DNA of 64,000 nt. Source: Rebecca billardiae RCC1528 (Eukaryota; Protista; Haptophyta). The translations under genes were made by a program, and so were the position numbers. The stretch's first letter is position 1. Every line of letters begins with the position of its first letter. This document shows positions 56,986-64,000 of the stretch, piece after piece. The stretch is from assembly GCA_965240325.2 (NCBI GenBank), contig OZ251242.1, positions 682,001 through 746,000 on the forward strand. The letters run 5' to 3'. The notes below the pieces were generated by a model. That model did no database searches. It saw only the letters and a list, made by a program, of their open reading frames with translations, and had not been told where the DNA came from.

Positions 56986-58272
56986 CGACGACGGACCAGG
57001 TCGACTAGGGCGGCTGCTGCCTTGGCAGAGGCGGCAGCTGCTGCTGCGGCTCTGCCGGGCGGCCCGGTGGCCGGTCGCAGGTTGATGACAATTGGCCTTG
57101 ATTGATGATGATGGCGCGCCGCCGCGCCGCAGGCATGCCGTGCCTGGCATTCTTCTCTTTCTGCTTCTGCCTCGCCATCCCGAGGCAGCCGAGCGTTAAT
57201 AATACGACGTAGCAGTCGCTTATTATTATTAGTATTCGTCGTCCGGAGCGGAGCCCACGGCTCCGAGCTTGTGTATGAGATTAGGAGCACGTAGCATACT
57301 CCATCCGCAATCACCGCCGCCGGAATCCAGCAGGGCCGCTGACGACCGCGTCGCGTGTCAGGCCCTGTCACTGGAATCAGGCTCACTGCTCCCAGGCCCA
57401 CCAGGGGCAGGGCAGAGCGCCTGGTGGAACTGACGAGGTTAGAGACTGTCACCAAGCAGCCGTTGAGTGAGCGGCGCCGACGTCGTACAGCTCAGTCTGC
57501 GTCTCGGAGATCTCCTTCGGACACTCCGCGGGTCGGTTGCGCTCCGCTGGCGCCCGCGCGCGCTAATAAATTCATTCTTGAAAATAGGGCTTTCACTGCA
57601 CGAAGACCCAAGCGAAGAACATGACTCCGACGGGCAAAAAAGAGCAAAATCATAAGGTTTGAGGACCTGTCCTAGGCTCTGGAGGGGACGGTGCACTGGC
57701 AAGTGACGCGGGCGCTCCATGGCCATGTCGGCCGTCTCGGATGCGGGATGGCGTCAATGCACGCCACATGCTCAAGACACATGCTCATTCGCACAAACTT
57801 GGGTTGGGCGGGGCGAGACCGCGCTCGCGCAGCCGATCGACATGAGGGTCATGCGGGCTTGGACTCGTAGCCAGTGCCCACTGGCGGCAGCCCGCATGCC
57901 GCGCGTACTCGTCCGGACGCGAACTCGTACATCGAGCGGCCATACTGCTGCGCGAGTCGCCGCCTAACGTCACAAGCTCGCCATGGATCGCATAGCCCGC
58001 GTAATCTCGGCTAATCTCGGCGCTGTAGTAGGGGACGGCCTTGCCGACGCCAACATGCTCACTCGCCTTTGATTTGGTACCCATACATCTCCCCGGTGGG
58101 CCTGACGACGTCGACGACGACAACAACGACGTCCACCATGGCGACCTGAACGTCAACGTGCTCACACCACTGCCACTGCTGCAAGCTTCGACCAGTACCA
58201 CTACAGACGAATCAGGAGAGCTGCGCCCTCGTGCCTGTGTCTTTAAATCATAGAATTAGTACAGCAGATGTA

Positions 58273-58877
58273 TGGAGCGCTCGTTGGAACTTGACGCCGG
58301 TTTGGCGCCCGCGCGGCGAGGGCGACGACGGGCGTACACGGGGCCCGCGGCGGCGGGAAGCGCGCGGGCGCGGCCGAGAACGGCACGGTCCGGACGCCTC
58401 TCGCCAGCCGCGGACGCGCACCGCGCCTCCTCCTCGCACGCTGCTAACTTGATCCGGGTTGAACGGTGGTTTTGCTGCCGACCAGCTCAAGTTCCACGGC
58501 TGGTCAAGGTTCGGCTTGCGACCTCGCCGCTGGTGCTTGCAAGAAGGTACACGAGTTGGTCGAACTCCCACGCACCCGCTCTGCGCTCGTCGACGCCCTC
58601 TGAAGGTGACTCGGGGTGCATGCCGGGCAGTGGAATGCAGTGGTTCGGCGTTGCCTCTCAGTCGTCCAGCGCGTAGGCCATGTAGCGCGGGTGTGGTGCG
58701 CGCATGGCCCGGTAATTCGGTCGCGGCATGTCTGTCTGGGCTGCCCAAGGCCTGCCGCACCGCAAAGCGAGCGCTCAGGAGCGTGTGCCGACCGTGCCAG
58801 CCCCGCCGAGATGGGGCACTTCGCTGGGAAATGCGGTGTCAAGTTCCAAGCCCCGCCAAGTTCCAACGAGCGCTCCA
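58273..58877. mobile_element. MITE (605 bp) with perfect TIRs and probable TA target duplication
   Basis: gtatggagcgctcgttggaacttg (58270-58293) is the exact reverse complement of 58857-58880. No convincing ORF inside. Confidence 0.8.
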
Positions 58878-58967
58878 TACTACGACTATCGAAACGAAAC
58901 CGGATGCTGCGCCAGGGCGATGGCCGATGGGCGTGGGTGCTGCCATGTCGTCCGCTGCGTGCCGCGT

Positions 58968-61281
58968 ATGATGCCGTCGGCAGGCGCGCGCATCGCCCTC
59001 GCGCCCCAGCTGCTGCTACTCCTACTGCTGGGCCTGCTCCACACACCGCAGGCAGCGCAGCCCCGGATCGCTGTCAGCGACTTCCTCGACGTCGCCTCGC
59101 CCAAGGCCATCAGCTCGTTCGCGCGCTGCAACGGCTTGCTCGGGCGGTTGCGACCGCCGCGCGACTGCGTGCCGCTCCCGTGGCTGGGCGCGGGCCCGCC
59201 AAGCGTGCGTGAGCTGCGGCACTCGGTGCTCAACATGCGCGTGATCTACAACGTGAGCGCGCGCGTGTGCGCGGGGCACCCCTCGTTCGTCGGCGCCGGC
59301 TTGGCGCCGCCCGACTACTGCCTCAACCCGAGCCCGCGCTGCAACATGCTCCACCCCTCCGACCAGATCGACGAGTATAACAACGAGCGGGTACGTGTAC
59401 GAGTCGTCTCATAGCCGCGCATGCGCCGCATGCACGCTCCGCGCCGCGTCGGCGTCCCTTGCTTGGCGCGAGCCTCTCCGACGGACGCGCGCCTTTGGCC
59501 GCCACGCCTGTGCCCCCGCCGCCGCCGCCCAGGTGTTCCTCGCGCGCCACCTGCAGACAGCCAGCACGGTGTGCGACCCCGGCGCGGGGCCGGGCGCATG
59601 TGAGGCGGACATCATCGTGGTGCCCTCGCTCATCATGCACTTCTTCGTGCTCCGCGGCTTCACGTGGGCGTACCAGGACTGCATCCCTCAGGAGGCGCAC
59701 CTCGCGTTTTTCGCCGAGGTCCGACGGCTTTACTTTGACGGTCGCGAGCCGCCACCGCTCATTGTGATGCACTCCGAGGCGCCGCATGGCGCGGGGTCGA
59801 CGGGTGCACTGATCACCGCGCTCGGGCAGCAGCCGCACAACTTTGTCTCTGCGATGGTTGTGGGGCACAGGCTGTCGCGGCTGATGCGGCGGCACCGACA
59901 CCTCTTCGGCGCGGAGTGGTCCGACGACGCGATGGTCGAGCTCCCGCGCCGAGAGGCGCTCGTTGGCGGCGGCGGCGCCCTCAGCGGCACGGCTGCCGGT
60001 GGCGGCGGCGGCACGGCGGCGCCCGTGGGCTTGGACTGGGGCGGGCCGCTCCTCATCTCGGTGCCATCCGGCACTGGCTTTGTCCGAGCGCCGATGCTCT
60101 GGCCGCCCAGCCCCGCCTCCGGCCGTAGTGCCATCAGCAGCAGCCGCGCTGCCAAGCGCCCACGAGCATCAAAACGCCAAGACGAGCATCATCAGCGCGA
60201 CATCTTCATCCTCGCCGCCGCGAGTGTGAAGCGCGGCGGCCACCGTGATGAGCACGGCCGTCAGAATCAGTACGTGAGGCGGCACATCCTCGAGGGCATG
60301 CGCAGACTGAATGCCAACTGCACCAAGACGCTCTCAATGTGCGCGGAGTGCGCCAAGCTCAAGCGGCAGCGCGGCGCGTGCCCACTCCTGACGCCAGGCG
60401 GCACAGCGGCCGCGAGCGGCGCGGTGGCAGCGCGAGGCGCGTCACCGATGCTCTCGCAGGTGCTGCGTGCACACCTCTGCTTCGAGCCACCGGGCGACAC
60501 GCTCGAAAGGTCGCACATGTACATCGCGCTGCTGAGTCAGTGCGTGCCGATTCTGATCGAGGGGGGGCACCGCAGCTACGACGAGAGCCAGCACACGCCG
60601 TGGCCGTGGCGTCTGCCGCCGTCGCGGCCGGCGGCCGAGCGTGCTGACGAGCCATCGACATCTCTTCCGCCAGAGAGCGCCGACGACGGCAGCCCCACCG
60701 CCACCACGGACGAGCGCGGCCGGCCCGCACGCCGCGCCGGCTGGCACGGCCTTGACTACTCGCGCTTTGCCGTCGTGCTCAACGCCTCCGCCTTTGGCTC
60801 CGCCTCCAGCCACACATTCGGCACGGCGTGGCACGCATCCGTGCGCGGGCTCGTCGGCTCGGCTCGGCTCGCTGAGATGCGCGCAGAGCTGCGGCGCGTC
60901 GCCCCCTTCTTCGTCTACGCCCTCGACGATGCGAGCTGTGCCGAGGATGCCGCCGCACGGCTGCGTGCGGGCTGGCGCCCACCTGCGGGCATGGTGAATG
61001 TGGGCGGCGAGGCTGGCGGAGATGATAACGACCGAGCTGCGCCGGCGGTCGGCCTGATGAGTGCGAGTGCCGACCGCCAGCTGCCGCCGTGCGATGCCTT
61101 TGATGTGTACCGGCGGCTGCTCGTGCGCGCCTGGCGGGTGCACCGCCTCGTCGTGACGTCTGACGACTCCTACGACAGCCGGCGGGACTCGGGTGGCAGC
61201 CGGGCACGGGGCAGCGGTCGCGGACGTGGCGACGGCGGGCGTCGTCACCCCTCCTACTACATAAGCGCGCGCGCATCATGA
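58968..61281 (+). CDS. Exostosin/GT47-like glycosyltransferase, copy 2 (tandem paralogue)
   Basis: Exons 58968-59390 and 59533-61281. Offset 4212 bp from copy 1, with a near-identical intron. Confidence 0.8.
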
Positions 61282-62254
61282 TGGCGGCTGATGATGACGA
61301 TGATGACGACTACATCATATATATATATATATATATAATCTGCTGATATAATGGCCCGCGGTGCAGGGCGGAGCGCGCAGCGTGGAGCCCGCACCAGCGG
61401 GCCCGAACCACGTTTCAAAAAGATCTTTGATCAAGAAAAAAGGGACGGGGGGCGGCGATTTTTTAGGGCTGGAGGAGACCGAGTTTCGATTTTGAGACTC
61501 CCTTACACAGGTGCATTAGCGTCGAAAAAGGACGCGGCCGCCGTCTTGAATAGTGAACAGAGGAATCAACGAAACCCACGCCCAAGTGTGCCAGGCTGGG
61601 TAAATTTTGTGGGTAGACTCTCGTTCATGTGTGATAGTTTGCCTCCGCCTTGATGAATATGAACTTGGCTTCGCGGCGGTTGGTATCTAGAGTCTAAAAC
61701 CCGCAAGCCTTATTGAAAATACCCGCGCAGCTATTCGACGTTGCCAGCCCATTCCATAGTCACTGACTTACCGAGCTGGCGAGCTCAAAACCTGCCGCCG
61801 TCGCAAGGACGACGTGTGCAGGTTTCTTCGGGGGTGGCGAGCGAGCCGCGACGACTCTTGGTTGGTCCGCAAGGGGGCGCTCGATGGGCAGGTGCGCGTG
61901 GCGAGTGCCGAGTGGCGCCTGGAGCGCGCGTCTGCGGCGGGTCCCGACGGCCGTCGACATCGCGTTCGTGCCCGCTCACTAGTCACTCCGCACGCCCCTG
62001 CCGCGCCCTGTCGATGCCTGCGCGGCCGGCCGCGCGCGGCGCGGCCGCGCCGCCGCGCCGCCGCAGCCGCCGCCCTGTGTTCGGGCTCTCGCAACAGCTC
62101 GGGGGCAGCGGCGCATGATGCCGGACTGATCGATCTCTGAGTCTCCGACTTCACCACACGCCCCCCTTGCCATGCCTCTCCGCCAGGGTCTCCCAGAACT
62201 CTTCTTCAGAGCAGGCGCAAGTCGAACTCGGAACTGGCCGCGGCCCCGCGCGCC

Positions 62255-62750
62255 GTCGGCTCCCCGTGGCTGTCAGCTCCGCGTGGCCTGGGCGCCTGGC
62301 GTGCCCAGAGCTGGCCGTGCCTCTGCGACGCGTGCCGAGCCTGACCGAGGTGTGTCACCCCGTGCACGCGCGGCGCGCGCAAGCACCGGTGCTGCATGGC
62401 TGCTCGCACCGTGCTCCCTGGCTCGCGGTCAGTCAGCTCGGCCGCGTGGTGCCTGGTGTGCACGTAGAGTCGCGCTCATGCGTCGCTCACGCCTCGCGCC
62501 CGCCTGTCGGCCGTCGCGCAGGCGCGCAGGTCGAACCCTACTGACCTGCAGATCATCTACTCCTGCGCTGCTGGCGTCGCGGCGACGACGGTCAGCGGCA
62601 GGCCCGAACGAACGGTCGAATCCGCGCGGTCCCGCGCCGTCCGGCTCCCTGGCTGTCAGTCAGCTCCGCCGGTAGCCTGGCGTGCAAGAGTCGCGCTCGT
62701 GCGTCGATCACGCCGAGTCGCATCCGCCTGTCGGCCGTCGCGCACGCGCA
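62255..62750. repeat. Degenerate dispersed direct repeats
   Basis: ctccctggct..gtcagtcagctc...agagtcgcgctcRtgcgtcg.tcacgcc...ccgcctgtcggccgtcgcgca occurs at ~62413-62520 and ~62643-62745, with a shorter copy at ~62258. Confidence 0.6.
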
Positions 62751-63157
62751 GGGGGTCAGGTAAGGGCCGTCTGTGATGAGGGCAGCTCGGCCGACGACCG
62801 ACATCCACACTCGGCGCACGCCGGCGGCGGCGCGGCGCTGGGCGGCGCGCCGCTCGGGATGGAGTCTAGTTACACGTGTACGGGACGACTGCGACGGAGG
62901 GTGCACCGCCACCGCGGGCCCCGAACTACGTTCGTTCTACGGAAAAGGACCGCGGAACGCGGTCATATATATATATATGGCTGCGCTGCTTACTGCCACT
63001 CACCGCCTTATTACTGCTGCCCGCCTGCTGCGGCGGGCATTCAGTCAGCCGCTGCTGACACTTTCTAATAGCCGAGGGCGCGCGCAGTATACTCTGTATA
63101 TAGGCTTCGCCGCAGGGCACCATCGCGACGTCTCAGTCTAATAAATAAATATCGTCA

Positions 63158-64000
63158 TCAGAAGCGGCTGTTGATTCTGACATCTCTTTGCCACGAGCTC
63201 GTGAGATGCCGCGCCTTGCGCGCCTGGCTCATCGACATCCCACCGCCGCCGAAGAAGGCGGCCGCGCCCGCGAACGGCGAGCGCGACGGCGGCGTGGCGC
63301 CGTCGCGCCTCCACACGGCCCCGTCCTCGATCGCCGTGTCCTTCACGAGCTCGTCGAAGTCGTACGCGCTGAACTCGTGCTCGCGGCTGTCCACGTCCAT
63401 CCGCGAGCGCTCCACGTTTGGGTCGACGCGCAGCAGGCCCGCGCGCCGCAGCCCGAAGAAGAGGGGCACCATCACGACGCTCACCCACGCGATCACGCAG
63501 ACGGAGAGCGCGACCTGCGCGCCGAGCAGGTCGGCCCTGCCCTCCCCGCCCTCGGACAAGACGTACAGCAGCCCGAACGAGCCGCGCTGGTTGTACGAGT
63601 ACTCGGGCCGGCAGAAGAAGCCGGGCGCGAGCACGCCCCACAGCCCGGTCGCGCCGTGCGCCGAGAAGGCGTCGAGAGGGTCGTCGATGCGCAGCCGGAG
63701 GAGGAGCTTGGAGGCGAAGTGGAAGACGAGGCCGCCGATCAGCCCGATCGGGAGCGCGGCCCACGGGTCGACGACGCTGCACCCCGCCGTGATCGCCACG
63801 AGCCCCGCCAGCACGCCGTTCCCGGCCGAGACCACGTCCCACACCTTGTACCGCGCATTGTTCAGTAGCACAACTGTGAGGCCGCCCGCGGCGGCGCCGA
63901 GCGTCGTGCACACGGCGACGCGCGCGACGTCGCGCGCGTACGGCGCGGCGCCGCTGAAGAGCGCGAGCACCGAGCCGCAGTTGAAGCCGTACCAGCCCGC
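63158..64000 (-). CDS. AMT: Ammonium transporter (Amt family), 3' part; continues beyond the window
   Basis: GWYGFNCGS, NGVLAGLVAITAGC..V.PWAA, IDDPLDAFSAHGATGLWG. Confidence 0.95.
   Translation of the reverse strand, partial: AGWYGFNCGSVLALFSGAAPYARDVARVAVCTTLGAAAGGLTVVLLNNARYKVWDVVSAGNGVLAGLVAITAGCSVVDPWAALPIGLIGGLVFHFASKLLLRLRIDDPLDAFSAHGATGLWGVLAPGFFCRPEYSYNQRGSFGLLYVLSEGGEGRADLLGAQVALSVCVIAWVSVVMVPLFFGLRRAGLLRVDPNVERSRMDVDSREHEFSAYDFDELVKDTAIEDGAVWRRDGATPPSRSPFAGAAAFFGGGGMSMSQARKARHLTSSWQRDVRINSRF

Overview
Very GC-rich eukaryotic DNA with spliceosomal introns ending gtgcgc...gcgcag and TTAGGG telomeric units. A haptophyte alga such as a Pavlovales member is likely, but this is inference. 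The left 28 kb is accessory. It holds a 3.56-kb TA-flanked TIR element (475-4035) and a 12-kb tyrosine-recombinase retrotransposon of the DIRS order (5053-17100; gag, RT, RNase H, YR) with split direct repeats. The terminal repeat of that retrotransposon is interrupted by a 3-kb antisense cargo encoding an 11-unit EsV-1-7-like Cys/His repeat protein. Immediately downstream is a candidate immune-receptor gene (17159-~26300). It has an array of same-phase 87-bp LRR exons, set in near-identical introns and hypervariable only at the beta-strand codons next to the splice sites, fused to a transmembrane KAP P-loop NTPase with an embedded WD40 propeller. The right part is mostly housekeeping: syntaxin, an IQ/VTT-like membrane protein, a sterol desaturase-family protein, a secreted SAM protein, an MDR oxidoreductase, prolyl oligopeptidase, PIBF1/CEP90 (with an in-frame telomeric insertion), two tandem GT47-like genes and a partial ammonium transporter. 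Most short ORFs in the track are GC-rich shadow frames.
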